A DNA stretch of 64,000 nt from Trypanosoma brucei (Eukaryota): the NCBI GenBank assembly GCA_000002445.1, contig AL929603.2:480001-544000 (forward strand), read 5' to 3'. Position 1 is the stretch's first letter. Every line of letters begins with the position of its first letter. Shown here piece after piece: positions 21,553 through 33,007 of the stretch. The position numbers were made by a program, and so were the translations under genes. The notes below the pieces were generated by a model that was not told where the DNA came from, did no database searches, and saw nothing but the letters and a program-made list of their open reading frames with translations.

Positions 21553-24500
21553 ATGCCGCGTTACACCGCCATGCGACGTCTCGGTCCAGTGGGCCATAGC
21601 GGTGGAATAAGTTCAAACGGTGTCACCACTGTTGGTGCCGTCACCGCGAGTAATGTCGGTAACGGCGTTGTCAACATCGGCGGAGATGGATCTCAGGGCG
21701 TTGCAATGGGCCCCGGTGCAACGGATGTGGCTTCGGCTCGCCCGCTTCTTATTGTACCAAACACAACCTCCGCTGCTGGAGGCTCCGCAGACGTTAGTGA
21801 CGAGGAGGTTGATCAGTTATTAAGGGAGCTTGAACGCTCTGTCGATAGTCCACAGGCAGCTGCGGTTATGCGTGACGCTGTGTGGGCTATTGAGCGACGT
21901 GCATTTTCTAGTTGTGACCCCCATAGTCGTGATTATTTCCTCGAGAGTCGTGTTCGGATTATCCTGATGAGCCTGTCGACGACAAGTGACGTAAAGCAGC
22001 TTCTGCTGGCCGTGGACTTCATTGAGGCCCTACTCGCTGTACCGTACACCAACCTGCAACACCGATTCACAAGGCTATGTAGGAGTCTAATGAACATACT
22101 GCGCTGTGGTATTGAGGAACCGGCAAGGGAAGCGCAGCGTGTTTTAAAGCGCATGCTGGTGACTGATTCGCAGTTCGGTGCTTATCACACCCCGTTGAGA
22201 TCATTCATTACAAAGGAACTCCGCGACAACTGCAAGGTGGCGCTCATGCGGTTATATGGTAGGGCACAGCAAGCCAACGTGTCCTTCACGCCTGATTTTC
22301 TCTCTACCATGCTAGCAGCGGAGGCAACGGCAGAGATCAGTCCACGGTTCATCACGGGGACGCTTCGGCAGCAGGTTCTGGAACTGGCAAGTATGCTAGC
22401 AGGTTTCTCTGATCTGTTGCTCCGTCGTGCCGCCTATCGGTGTATGGTGGTATTGTTCAAAAACACAAGCGCAATGCGACGCAAGGAGGTAGTGCTTGAG
22501 AACCGCCGAATAATAAACGAGGCGATCCGTTCGCTTAATTTGAGCCACAATAGTGAGTCGAGCATCATCTCCACACTTGAGACGCTTCGCGCCCTCCTTA
22601 GCAGCAGAGGGGTGCACTGCATGGACAAGCAAGTGAATACGCTTCCTCAATTATGTGTACTTGTCACTGAGCAACACAGAATTTCGAAGACAACAGCAGT
22701 GCGCAACGCAGTTTGTGACCTCGTGCCTGTTATTGCTGAAACCGACATCAGCTCTGCTGCTCGGCGTACAACATATTGCGCCATTATCATGGAGCCCGTA
22801 AAAAACGTCCGCGACGATTCTAACAAAGACCTGGAGCTGCGAAATCTAGCGATATTCATACAAAATGTAGGTTACGAGGTGTTGGACTCAACTAACAGGG
22901 TAAACTTAGACTCCATTATCCAGCGCTACATTACGCGACGTGGGACAGAGGAGGAGTGTTGGCACATTCTTGCGGCCATCTGCAGCTCACGGGCGAGACC
23001 GGAGACGCAGCGTACTCACATGTGTAGCAAAACAAGTTATATAGCCATGTCCTCCTCCTCCGCAATGCAGAAGGGCTGCGAAACGATCCAGGGGCACCAA
23101 AGTGGGGGCGAGATTAGCTTATCCGCGCAAGAACTTCGTTCGGCCAGCGCTGAGGCCCATTCAGTTTGCCAGTTGGTGGCCGGAGAATCCCAAAACAGTT
23201 GTAATAGTCACGAGCTCATGCAACCTGTTGAGGCTCTTGTTCGGCGGTGTCTTCCCCACATGGTCCACGCCGTTCTTTCTGATGAATTTGTGCGTTACAT
23301 CACCATCATACAAGATCACCTTCCGTCGTTGAGCTCGGACCTGCAGACGTATCTCGACCAACTAGTAAATCGTACACTGAGGAACGATAAGCGTAAATAT
23401 TGTGGCGGTGAAGTGGAGGACGGCGCTCTCGTCGCTCAGGTATTTGCTGGGGACCGCCTATCGACGGAACTGGGGAACTCTCAGCCACAGGAAGACATCA
23501 TACAGTCATCCACATTAGCCTATGTCACCGCGATGGGGCGTTTAGCGCAATACTTACTACCTACCACCCTACCTGAAGGAGGTGCCATAAACTGGCAGCA
23601 GAGTCAAGGAGCAACAAGTACGACTGCCACTGATGGCAATGGTCAAGGTTATAGCTTAGGATCAGTGGAAACCTTTTGCAAAAGTGTGGTGGCTGGGCAA
23701 CCACAATTGGTATCGCCTGAAAGTACACTTAGTAGTGCCGCAGGAGCCACAACAGCCGAGGTTTGCAGTGGGGCAGCACCCGACTCTGTGGGTGCCTCAG
23801 AGCTCAAAATAGCGCTGGAGGTCTTTTCAAAGCGACAGATAACATCGAGCGATCAGCTAAGGGAAGTGAGTGACATTATCATTCAATACCAGCGACATCC
23901 GGACAAGCGGGTACGGCAGCAATGTTGTACAACCGTTATCGAGGCACTCAAGTGCTGGGCACGGTACTCACAAAGCGACCGAACATCAGCTTATTCAAGC
24001 CTGGTGCCGGATCTACTAGAAGTGTACTTGAAAAATGTCGCCATGGAGTTGGATCCGAAGGTGCGGCTTGTGGAAGTGACACTGCTAGCCGACGCTGTGG
24101 AGTTGCGAATGTTTCTTAGGGAAAAACGCATTATCGATACATTGATAAGTTTTCTGCACGATATATCGCATGTGCGTGAAAAGACCATGGAGCTGCTGGT
24201 GACGCTCGCGCAAGACAACCACACCGGTCCTTCGGTGGAGACAGTGCAGTATAGTCTACTCATTGTGGTGGAGTCTTCCGTGGCGGCGTTAGAGTACTCG
24301 AGCGATCCCCGCATTCTCATTCGACACATGTCAGACCTGCAAACGGTGGCTAAATTCAGTCTTAGGCCGCTAATGGGGCATCTGGATCGTACGTTTGTCG
24401 CCTGTCGCCGGCGCCTTGTGGAAGAGGTAGTACCTGACACCATTGCGTTGTCTACGCTCAAAACGTTGCGAACTATACTGGAGGCCATAAAGCGAGAGGA

Positions 24501-27500
24501 AGCTGTGCTTCTGAAATACAAGGACGTTGCATTGGAGTTGTATGCGCCGGTGGCAGTGGCTCTCCGCGCAAGTACCGCCTCGCCTCTCAGTCACGCAGCA
24601 ATCGGTGTTTTAGTGTGTATGCATGAAATCGGGGCATCACCGTTGAACTGGGATGCTCGTCAGTTGCATGAATTGTTGCAGTCCGTCACCGCAGTATACA
24701 TCGAGGCGGCAAACAGCACGGAGGAGGAACTGGGGCGGGCACTCACACTCTTTGGGCAAATTGGTGCGGTAGACCCGGCCACAAAACCTGATACAGCCGC
24801 GATGAAAAAGAAAGATGATGAGGCGGCGATTCAAGATGAAGCGGACCTTGAGCTTACCTATGACTATACAAAGATTGTTTACCGCAACCTAAGTCGCATG
24901 CTAGACCTGAGCTTGTCGGAAAGCGTGTGTGTGCAGTCGATGTGCACATTATTGCATCTTGTGAGGCTCACTACCGACCGAAAGGAACTGATTGGTGGAA
25001 TGCACGCCATAAAGGCGATTCTTCAAATTGCCAGACGCGCCAATGATGCTCCTTTGCTTCGGATTGAAGCGCTCCACATACTAGCAGCCATAACTTCGCT
25101 GAGGCACGAGAAGGTGTGCAAAACGCTTTTGCCGGAGCTGGTTACGCTGTTCGAGCAGCTGTGGTATCCCCAAGACCATGCACTCTTTCGCGCAGTTCTC
25201 AACCTCGTTAGCGCGCTGAAACCAGGAAACCTGACAGGAAAAGAGCAATCGGAGGTTTGGCCGTGGTTGTACCCGCGCCTTGTGGACGTTGCCCTCCAGG
25301 ACCATACGGAAACCCGCGAGTTCTGCCTTCGTGTGGTGGGAATCATCCAGCACGCCAAGTATATCCCACCTCACTGTATTCCTATCGTGTTTCCTATGCT
25401 CACGCAGTTTGTTCAGCAAATGGATCAGTTGGCGGAGCTGCGCTCTCTTTCGCTCTGTGCGGCAATCCGAATCGTATGCAACCTTCAGGCAGTGCAGCAC
25501 CTACCCTCGCTGATGCACACTATCTGCACCCTTACGCGTCACTGTGACCTTACTGAGAACCTCGGGCCCCGCCTCTCCACACCGACGCTACATAGGTCGT
25601 TGAGGCTCCTTTCGAACACACATCCGAACGGTGAAGCGGATGTCAACGCACTGTGTGAGCGGTTGTGTGCCACAGGGAGTGAGGGAAGTGCGGATGCAGG
25701 TGGTTGTTTCACGAATGAAGGAGGCGAGACCTTGCCGACGTCAACACAGCCAAACTCGTCTTTCCATTGTGGTAACGGTGATTACGCGTCTGCACCATAT
25801 CTTGGGCAGTACACTCAAAAATGCCAGCAGCAACAGCAAGGGGGGACATATTTAGACCCCAACGACGACGAAGCGTACGATACGCTGCCGCAGGGTCAGC
25901 AGGACATAACGGCATTTATGAAGCATGTAGAATTTGGGCTCCGAGCAAAGGATAACAAGTGGCGCGAATGGTTCGCAGAGTTTCAGAAGAACATGATAGT
26001 TGCCTCTCCGCACCCCGTCTTCCGTATTATGGTAGACCTCTTTGATAAGCACGAACCATTGAGGCGAAAGCTGTTCCATCCATCCTTTAAGTGTTTCTAC
26101 GAGTCGCTGAATGCCGAGCATATGAAGAAGGTGAAAGATGTTCTCAACCTTGCCCTCAGGTCAAGTGATACCGAGGTTGTGTCCAAGTGCATTGGGCTTG
26201 CGGACTACCTCGACCATAACCCACCGAACATAAGTGAGTCCGTGCTACAACAACTGCGTCATCTGGAGGGCAATGAGCCTATGGATGTGGGTAAGTTCAC
26301 TAAACATAGCAATTTGCACGTCGGCAACGTGATTGCTGGAAGTAGAAGTCCAACACCCGCCTGTCGTCACGAACCTGGGGGGTATTACGCCTCCCACCAC
26401 GGCCAGCTTTACAGAAATATCAGTGATAACTATAATTTTGAGTCTGTGTTGCACTCACTCAATTCACCCAAAACAGAAGGGCCCGTTTTCAACGAAGGCG
26501 TACGTCCGCCTTCTCATAAGGTTCAGGATGTGGGTAACGGAGAGCATGAAGTCACTGACAACGGGGGGACCGACAGTGGATGTGGCGTTGAGCGGAATGG
26601 TAAGGAAGGTAGAAGTGAGAGTGAAAGTGGTGACGTCAATGGAAGCGCTCGCCGCCAGACCATGTTACCTGTGGCCAAGTCAATTGAGGGTGATACCAAC
26701 GAGGGTCTAAGTTTTCTCGCTGGGCCAGTCGCGAGGCGCATAACGGTATCCGCACATCACACCACAAACGTTAATGCATCCGATGGCACTTGCCCCAACA
26801 CCGGCGATGCAGAGGTTCACATTCGTGCCACAGCCATACCCAGCACAGTCAACCCACTGTTTACAAACGATAGCCTCGTAGAGGCTGCCCTTCGGACGCG
26901 GATGCCTGACAAGGCTATGAGTTATCTTGAGAACAAGTTACTCCCAGTTATGCAGAAGTATCGCTACGCCCACAGCGTACCTAAGGAGGCTGTGCAGGCA
27001 GTCGTCCTCCCACTCGCCTCTCTCTACAGTCGGCTCGAAATGCAGGACTCAGTGGTCGGGCTTTTCCACGCGATGCGTTACAAAAGCGATAATGAAGACG
27101 GGTTTGCCTATGAGTTATTGCAGTGGTGGGATGTGGCACAAGGCGTGTATGCAACCAAGGTACATGATTGCTGTGGAAGTTCGGCTCGTGATATTGATGG
27201 TTACGTGAGGATGCTTTGTCTGTGTGGAGAGTGGGAGCGCGCTCTGCAGGTCGTGAAGGACACCTACAAATCCCTCGACCAACCATCGTCCACCATTGCG
27301 CAGTCGGGTGCGATGGCAGCGTGGATCCTTGGTAAATGGGATGACGTGAAAATGTTGATAGAGCGGCTTCCAAACAAAGAGAAGGGAAATATTACGCTTC
27401 GACACTTCTTTCAAAACGCCACGCTTTTCCACCAAGAGTTCGGTTGCCGGGCACAATGGGATTGTGGGGTTCAGGACGGGCAGAGGCGCTTGGAGACTTC

Positions 27501-30264
27501 GCCCCAGGTAGAAGCCCTCCGCGCGTCTATCATGCGGGCGAAGATGGAGGTAGATGAGAGCCTTAAAACGTTGTTGCCACTCAGTTACGCGCACGCATAC
27601 GAAAATCTCACCATGTTGCAGCACTTCACCGAAATGGAGGAGCACATTGCCTACATGGAGTCGCGAACGGAGGAGTTTCGGGGCCAACTTCGGGAGCGTT
27701 GGAACCGTCGCTTCGCTGCACTGAAGCCGGATTCGCTTATGCCCAACCTACGCTCCCTTATGCTCCACTCGCTTGTGCTAAATGCGAGTGAAATGTCCGT
27801 GATGGTTGTCAACTTCTGTGAGCGGACTGGGACGAATTACCCTCAACTGTCAAAATGGGCTATGGAGTGGCTTAAGCAAGGCAAGTTTCCTCGTGCCAAT
27901 CATTTAAGTCAGTCGTGTCACGTACTCCCTGCTACTCCGGTCAGTTTAGAGCCGTGTGTGGCCATAACATACATTGGCCAAGTGTGGAGTGGCGGTCAGC
28001 GGCAAAAGGCAGTGCAACTGATGGAGAATTTCCTGGAGGAAACGCATTCTACACTGGAAGAGCAGCAGCCAGCTGCCTATGGTGTCGCGCAACTTCGTTT
28101 AGGTATGTGGAAGCAGGAGATGTTTGCAGATTCTTTTTGGAAGGTTGAACACCGCCAGGAAGTTTTACGGCACTTCCATGAGGCGGTACGCGCCGTGCCC
28201 GGAAGCTGTGAGGCGTGGCATAGTTGGGGGTTAATGAACTACCGAGTGCAGCAACGCGATTGCTCACTATCTCGTTATGAGCAGCGCCTCTTCGTCGAAG
28301 CCGCGCATCAGGGGTTTGTTGCGGCTATCTGCCGCAGTGCAAGTCCCTCTACTGCTCTTCCTGGCGTGATGCGTCTGCTTCAGTTGTGGGTTTTCCATAA
28401 TGGAATGTCATTACTGAAGGAATCGGTGGCAGACAGCGTCGCCCGAATCCCCACTGATTATTGGGTACAGGCAATTCCGCAGCTGATCGGTCACTTGCGC
28501 AGCGCAAGCCACGATGTACGTGACGTTGTGAGTATGATTCTTCAACGACTGTGTGTTGCACATTCCCAAGCTGTTGTTTTTCCGCTGTTAGTTGTGCTTA
28601 TGTCCGCTGATGGCGGTGGAGGGGAGACGCACTCTCGTCGGAAGGAGTTGGCGCGATCCATCATTAACAATCTTCCGAAGCGCATCCGCGCTGAGGCGGA
28701 GTTAGTAGCCACCCTCTTAATTAATGCATCGGCGACTCCCATTGAACGGATAGGGGAAAGTCTCAGTGCGGTGGCGACGGCATGGAACCCGAACGCAGAG
28801 TACGAAGAAGACAAGGAAGAGGTACGACGAAAACTAAGATATGTGCTTGATGTGTTCAATACTAACCGGCGTCAGCTGCTCTACAACGTGGGTGATATTG
28901 GCCAGTATGTGAGGATTGTCATGGAAGAGGACGCGTGCGGCCGCAGGGAGAAGGCAAGTGGCATTCTCACCCAACTAGTGGAAGAAATCACGAAGCACAT
29001 TTCGGAGAAACTGGGAAAAGAGCCTCAGAAGGCGATGGAACCGCTACTGAACCTCCGCAATCTTTCAATAGCAGTGTTTGGAGAGTATGATATTCAGTAC
29101 ACCAACTTTCCTACTATCGCGTCGTTTAGTTCAAAGCTTGATGTTATTCCCTCTAAGAAGCGTCCACGCCGCATCCGCCTCAGCGGCTCTAACGGTTGCA
29201 TGTACACATATTGCCTGAAGGGAAATGAAGATATACGTATGGATGAACGGGTCATGCAACTGTTTGGTATGGTGAATGTTCTATTAAGTGATGCCAAAAC
29301 CGCGAAGAGTGCATTCATACACCGCTTCCCAGTAATCCCCATCAGTGATAACGTTGGCCTGCTCGGTTGGGTAGAGCACGCGAACACCATCAACAATACC
29401 ATCTGTACTCACCGCAACACCATTTCAAAGGTACGAACGCATCATGAGTCCAACACCCTTAGGGCCTATGTTGAAACCATCGGGAGTTGGGAGAAACTCA
29501 GCATGATACGTCGCACAGAAATACTGGACTACGTCATGTCGCAGAAGGATTGTGAAGCAGTGGATGTTGCGCGTGCCATGTGGCATCGGTCAAATACAGC
29601 GGAGCAATGGTTGGAGCGCCGCACGGCCTTCACGCAGTCGTTGGCCACCATGTCGATGGTTGGTTACGTGCTTGGGCTTGGGGATCGTCATCTGGGCAAC
29701 ATTCTCCTTTCGATGTCCACTGGAAAAATCGTACACATCGACTTTGGTGACAGCTTTGATGTCGGTCGGTTGCGCCATGTACTTCCAGAAACCGTTCCAT
29801 TCCGGCTCACGCGCATGCTAACGAATGCAATGGAAGTGTTTGGTGTGGACGGTGTTTTCCGCGCCTCATGCAACCGCACACAGTCAACGCTGCACAAGAA
29901 CGCAGACAGTATCATGGCGCTTCTCACCGCTTTCGTACACGACCCCATTGTTCAGCACAAGGGGAAAATGCGGAACATGATGGAGAAGAGCCGCACCCCG
30001 CAGAACATTGTAGAGCGCATACGTAACAAACTTCGTGGGACGGAAATGGCGGTGAGGAATGCTGATACGGTGATATTTAACACGGTACTGGAGAGTTCAC
30101 GAAGGCCGGACCTTCTCTACATGTCACATGCCTTCAATGATGTTGCGAAGCGGACGGTGGTGAATGGACGGACAACAGAGGAGCAGGTGTCGATGTTAAT
30201 TGATGAGGCGACGCGATTGGAGAATTACGCCGCGCTCTACTTTGGATGGGGACCGCTGTGGTGA
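21553..30264 (+). CDS. TOR4: TOR-family phosphatidylinositol-3-kinase-related kinase (PIKK); most consistent with trypanosome TOR4 (TOR-like 2)
   Basis: 2903-aa ORF with a PI3K/PI4K-type catalytic domain near the C-terminus. It contains the TOR-like LKGNEDIRMDERVMQLFGMVNVLL motif, the catalytic loop GLGDRHLGNILL, the DFG motif HIDFGDSF, and a FATC-type tail ending ...LENYAALYFGWGPLW. A HEAT/FAT-like helical N-terminal region runs about 2300 aa. The TOR4 call follows from size and neighbourhood (chromosome-1-like calpain array downstream) and is inference. Confidence 0.95.
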   Translation: MPRYTAMRRLGPVGHSGGISSNGVTTVGAVTASNVGNGVVNIGGDGSQGVAMGPGATDVASARPLLIVPNTTSAAGGSADVSDEEVDQLLRELERSVDSPQAAAVMRDAVWAIERRAFSSCDPHSRDYFLESRVRIILMSLSTTSDVKQLLLAVDFIEALLAVPYTNLQHRFTRLCRSLMNILRCGIEEPAREAQRVLKRMLVTDSQFGAYHTPLRSFITKELRDNCKVALMRLYGRAQQANVSFTPDFLSTMLAAEATAEISPRFITGTLRQQVLELASMLAGFSDLLLRRAAYRCMVVLFKNTSAMRRKEVVLENRRIINEAIRSLNLSHNSESSIISTLETLRALLSSRGVHCMDKQVNTLPQLCVLVTEQHRISKTTAVRNAVCDLVPVIAETDISSAARRTTYCAIIMEPVKNVRDDSNKDLELRNLAIFIQNVGYEVLDSTNRVNLDSIIQRYITRRGTEEECWHILAAICSSRARPETQRTHMCSKTSYIAMSSSSAMQKGCETIQGHQSGGEISLSAQELRSASAEAHSVCQLVAGESQNSCNSHELMQPVEALVRRCLPHMVHAVLSDEFVRYITIIQDHLPSLSSDLQTYLDQLVNRTLRNDKRKYCGGEVEDGALVAQVFAGDRLSTELGNSQPQEDIIQSSTLAYVTAMGRLAQYLLPTTLPEGGAINWQQSQGATSTTATDGNGQGYSLGSVETFCKSVVAGQPQLVSPESTLSSAAGATTAEVCSGAAPDSVGASELKIALEVFSKRQITSSDQLREVSDIIIQYQRHPDKRVRQQCCTTVIEALKCWARYSQSDRTSAYSSLVPDLLEVYLKNVAMELDPKVRLVEVTLLADAVELRMFLREKRIIDTLISFLHDISHVREKTMELLVTLAQDNHTGPSVETVQYSLLIVVESSVAALEYSSDPRILIRHMSDLQTVAKFSLRPLMGHLDRTFVACRRRLVEEVVPDTIALSTLKTLRTILEAIKREEAVLLKYKDVALELYAPVAVALRASTASPLSHAAIGVLVCMHEIGASPLNWDARQLHELLQSVTAVYIEAANSTEEELGRALTLFGQIGAVDPATKPDTAAMKKKDDEAAIQDEADLELTYDYTKIVYRNLSRMLDLSLSESVCVQSMCTLLHLVRLTTDRKELIGGMHAIKAILQIARRANDAPLLRIEALHILAAITSLRHEKVCKTLLPELVTLFEQLWYPQDHALFRAVLNLVSALKPGNLTGKEQSEVWPWLYPRLVDVALQDHTETREFCLRVVGIIQHAKYIPPHCIPIVFPMLTQFVQQMDQLAELRSLSLCAAIRIVCNLQAVQHLPSLMHTICTLTRHCDLTENLGPRLSTPTLHRSLRLLSNTHPNGEADVNALCERLCATGSEGSADAGGCFTNEGGETLPTSTQPNSSFHCGNGDYASAPYLGQYTQKCQQQQQGGTYLDPNDDEAYDTLPQGQQDITAFMKHVEFGLRAKDNKWREWFAEFQKNMIVASPHPVFRIMVDLFDKHEPLRRKLFHPSFKCFYESLNAEHMKKVKDVLNLALRSSDTEVVSKCIGLADYLDHNPPNISESVLQQLRHLEGNEPMDVGKFTKHSNLHVGNVIAGSRSPTPACRHEPGGYYASHHGQLYRNISDNYNFESVLHSLNSPKTEGPVFNEGVRPPSHKVQDVGNGEHEVTDNGGTDSGCGVERNGKEGRSESESGDVNGSARRQTMLPVAKSIEGDTNEGLSFLAGPVARRITVSAHHTTNVNASDGTCPNTGDAEVHIRATAIPSTVNPLFTNDSLVEAALRTRMPDKAMSYLENKLLPVMQKYRYAHSVPKEAVQAVVLPLASLYSRLEMQDSVVGLFHAMRYKSDNEDGFAYELLQWWDVAQGVYATKVHDCCGSSARDIDGYVRMLCLCGEWERALQVVKDTYKSLDQPSSTIAQSGAMAAWILGKWDDVKMLIERLPNKEKGNITLRHFFQNATLFHQEFGCRAQWDCGVQDGQRRLETSPQVEALRASIMRAKMEVDESLKTLLPLSYAHAYENLTMLQHFTEMEEHIAYMESRTEEFRGQLRERWNRRFAALKPDSLMPNLRSLMLHSLVLNASEMSVMVVNFCERTGTNYPQLSKWAMEWLKQGKFPRANHLSQSCHVLPATPVSLEPCVAITYIGQVWSGGQRQKAVQLMENFLEETHSTLEEQQPAAYGVAQLRLGMWKQEMFADSFWKVEHRQEVLRHFHEAVRAVPGSCEAWHSWGLMNYRVQQRDCSLSRYEQRLFVEAAHQGFVAAICRSASPSTALPGVMRLLQLWVFHNGMSLLKESVADSVARIPTDYWVQAIPQLIGHLRSASHDVRDVVSMILQRLCVAHSQAVVFPLLVVLMSADGGGGETHSRRKELARSIINNLPKRIRAEAELVATLLINASATPIERIGESLSAVATAWNPNAEYEEDKEEVRRKLRYVLDVFNTNRRQLLYNVGDIGQYVRIVMEEDACGRREKASGILTQLVEEITKHISEKLGKEPQKAMEPLLNLRNLSIAVFGEYDIQYTNFPTIASFSSKLDVIPSKKRPRRIRLSGSNGCMYTYCLKGNEDIRMDERVMQLFGMVNVLLSDAKTAKSAFIHRFPVIPISDNVGLLGWVEHANTINNTICTHRNTISKVRTHHESNTLRAYVETIGSWEKLSMIRRTEILDYVMSQKDCEAVDVARAMWHRSNTAEQWLERRTAFTQSLATMSMVGYVLGLGDRHLGNILLSMSTGKIVHIDFGDSFDVGRLRHVLPETVPFRLTRMLTNAMEVFGVDGVFRASCNRTQSTLHKNADSIMALLTAFVHDPIVQHKGKMRNMMEKSRTPQNIVERIRNKLRGTEMAVRNADTVIFNTVLESSRRPDLLYMSHAFNDVAKRTVVNGRTTEEQVSMLIDEATRLENYAALYFGWGPLW

Positions 30265-30705
30265 AGGGGACCTTGCTGCAACTATGTGCACACTTATATT
30301 ATTTCACTTAGTGTAAATATATATATATATATTTATTTATTTATTTGTATACCTCAGTGCTTATTTCGTGCCCTTATCCTGCTCCCTTACGGTCACCTTA
30401 CAGAGAAAAATAAAATTAAAATAAACCAATGATCCAATAAACAATAACAAAACGCATTAGTTACCCCCTCTTTCCCGCTTCGATTTTCGCTGTTTCTTTT
30501 TTTTTCCTTTTGTTTTTTGGGGGTTTTGGGGGTTTTTTCATCACCCCCAACCCCTATCTTCCTGTATTTCATTATTATTACTATCACTGCAGTTCATGAA
30601 GTGTTTGTGGGCGCTGTTATCATTATGGTCCTTTTTTGTTTGTTTGTTTGATTGTTGTTGTCGCTGATGGTGTTCCTCATGTTGATTGAAACTCGCCCCT
30701 GTGCA

Positions 30706-30762
30706 TGTGTGTGTGTGTGTGTGTGTGTGTGTTTGTTTGTTTGTTTGTTTGTTTGTTTTTTT
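30706..30762. repeat. compound (GT)n-(GTTT)n microsatellite
   Basis: gtgtgtgtgtgtgtgtgtgtgtgtgtttgtttgtttgtttgtttgtttg in the 3' flank of the TOR gene. Confidence 0.9.
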
Positions 30763-32990
30763 TAACCTCATCCAATTTCCCCACTACTGATGCTGCTGTT
30801 GCTAATAATAATAACAATAACAGTAATAATATCATCATTATTATTAAGAAATTATTCCTCTTTTTTCCCCTCCTTTTTGAGTCTTATTTTCTTTTCTATG
30901 AAGGAGAAAAGAAGAGAGACTTTTTTTGGAGTTACGGCAGAGGTAAAGTAAGTGGATGATTGAAGTGGGAAGGAGGGGTTGTTATTGACCTTTTTCTTTT
31001 TTTAAAAAAAAAAAAGACGAGAAAAAAAATATATATATATATATATATGTCACCGTTGTTCTTCAACCTTTGTTTTGTTACAAATCCTTCTTGTTTTCTT
31101 TTTGTTACCTCTTTCTTTATTTCTCTCCCTCTCTCTTCCTTCTCCCTAACGCGCGAACACAAACAGTTCTCAAACCTTCTGTTCCTTCCCTTTATCTCAT
31201 TACCCTTCTTTCTTTTTCTTTTTGTTTTGTATTTTGTTTTATTTTTATTCTCCCCTTAACTGTCTACCCTTTCTTGTTTTGATTCCATTTTATATATCAC
31301 AGCGCTCATATATTTACACCCAATACACGCAACTCTGCGCATTTCTCATACACGTACGTAGATATATTAAGGGAGAAAAAGTAAAAATAAAAATAAAAAA
31401 GAGAAAGACAAAGACAAAGAAGGGGACGAAGGGACTACTTTAAAAAAAAAAAAAGTAATAATAACAAAAACGAAATTAAGAAGATGAAGACGATGAAAAT
31501 GAAAATGAGCGAAACGTAATTCCTCCAAACGGGACCACTAACGCCAGGGAATACACGCAATAAAAACAACAACAAAAAAACAAAAACGAAAATACAAAGT
31601 CAAAACTCAACTCAGGTGCATGCGGACGCGGAAGGGTCAAAAAAAAAAAAGGCAAATCAAATCAAATCAAAATGGTGAAAAAGTGGTACGAGAGCACTTC
31701 GGAAAATTTGCTGCCGATGATTTATTTATATTTCCCCTCAGACAAGGAAGGAAAAAGAAATTAAGGAGTAGAATGAAGTGGAATGGAATGCTGGAAGTGT
31801 CGGACTTCATTTTTTCTTTAAAAAAAAAACAAAACAACTTAGCAAAACAAACGAACAAACAAAATCAGAAATATGCTCCAATAAATATAAGAGCGTCTAC
31901 AAGCAAAAAAAAAAAGAAAGAAAGAAATGGAAAGCAGTTAAGCGGAACCCCCAAAAATTGTTAGGTAAAATTTTTTAAAAAAAATAGGAAAAGCAATGAG
32001 AGAAATGGAATTGCGAATGGGGAGGACTAACATTCCACTGCGATCCATCCGGTGTTTCTTTCGTGGAGAAGTGGTGGTGGGAAACGAACAGCACAAAAAG
32101 AAAAGAGAAAAAGGAAAGGAAAGGAAAGGAAAACATAAGGGGGAGGCTTATCCCTTTTTTAATTTTTTTTTTTTAGTTTTGGTGTTTGGTTCCTTTGCTT
32201 CTTCTCCTTCTTTGTTTCGTTCTCCTTCTTAGCTTTCAAATATTACATATTTCACTTGTATTTGCAATGATTTTGTTTCTTTATTTCGCCCACGTGACTT
32301 TGTTCCCGTTTGCTTTTTTCCTTTGGGAGTTGGTTTGTTTGTTTGTTTTTCCCCGCGCTGCTGCGAATAAATTGTCCATTCCTCCGCTCCTTCACCCGAA
32401 TTCAGTCAATTATGATGTTTTGATTTTTATTTTTTGATTGTCGTTAATTTGTTGTTGCTCTTATTTTCTTATCGTCTTTTTTTTTGTTGTTATTATTGGT
32501 TTGTTCATTCGTTTGTTTGCTGGCGTAATGGAGGTGAGACAACAGTTACAGATTTTTCCCCCTCTTAATTTAGCATTCCGAAGTAAAATGTTTATAATGT
32601 TACTTATAGTTAATGCTCAGATATTATTATTATTATTATTGTCAGTATTTTGTATGTATTTTGTGTGACTATTGTTTTGTTGGTGTTGGTGCTCCCCTTT
32701 TATTGGTTGGTTATGAACGATATTCTTTCCATATTCAATGGAAAATCGTTAGGTTCCCTTTAAATTTATTTATTATTATTATTACATGGTATGTCTTGTT
32801 TTAATATATTCTTTTTTTTTATTTCCTTTTGTCTTTTCGTGTGTGTGTGTGTGTGTTTGTGTCTGTTTGTATTTAAATTAATATAATTGACGACACGGGT
32901 GGGAGGAGGACTTATAGAAGGAAGCAGGGGGTTTTTCAGATTTGTGTTTATGGTGGCAGCTTGGGGGAAAAAAGAGAGAGGGAGGGAGGG

Positions 32991-33007
32991 AGAGAGAGAG
33001 AGAGAGA
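32991..33007. repeat. (GA)n microsatellite with adjacent (GGGA) motifs
   Basis: gggagggagggagagagagagagagagaagg. Confidence 0.8.

Noticed and set aside
21620-30000. Numerous 60-190-aa antisense or off-frame ORFs inside the TOR gene (for example 23991..24521 -, 25081..25500 -, 27115..27687 -, 26981..27373 -)
   Set aside because: They are shadow ORFs within a 8.7-kb continuous, domain-bearing reading frame, with no start context and no domain content. The same applies to antisense ORFs within the other long genes (for example 14640..15149 -, 5617..5943 -, 61038..61538 -, 56642..57019 -).
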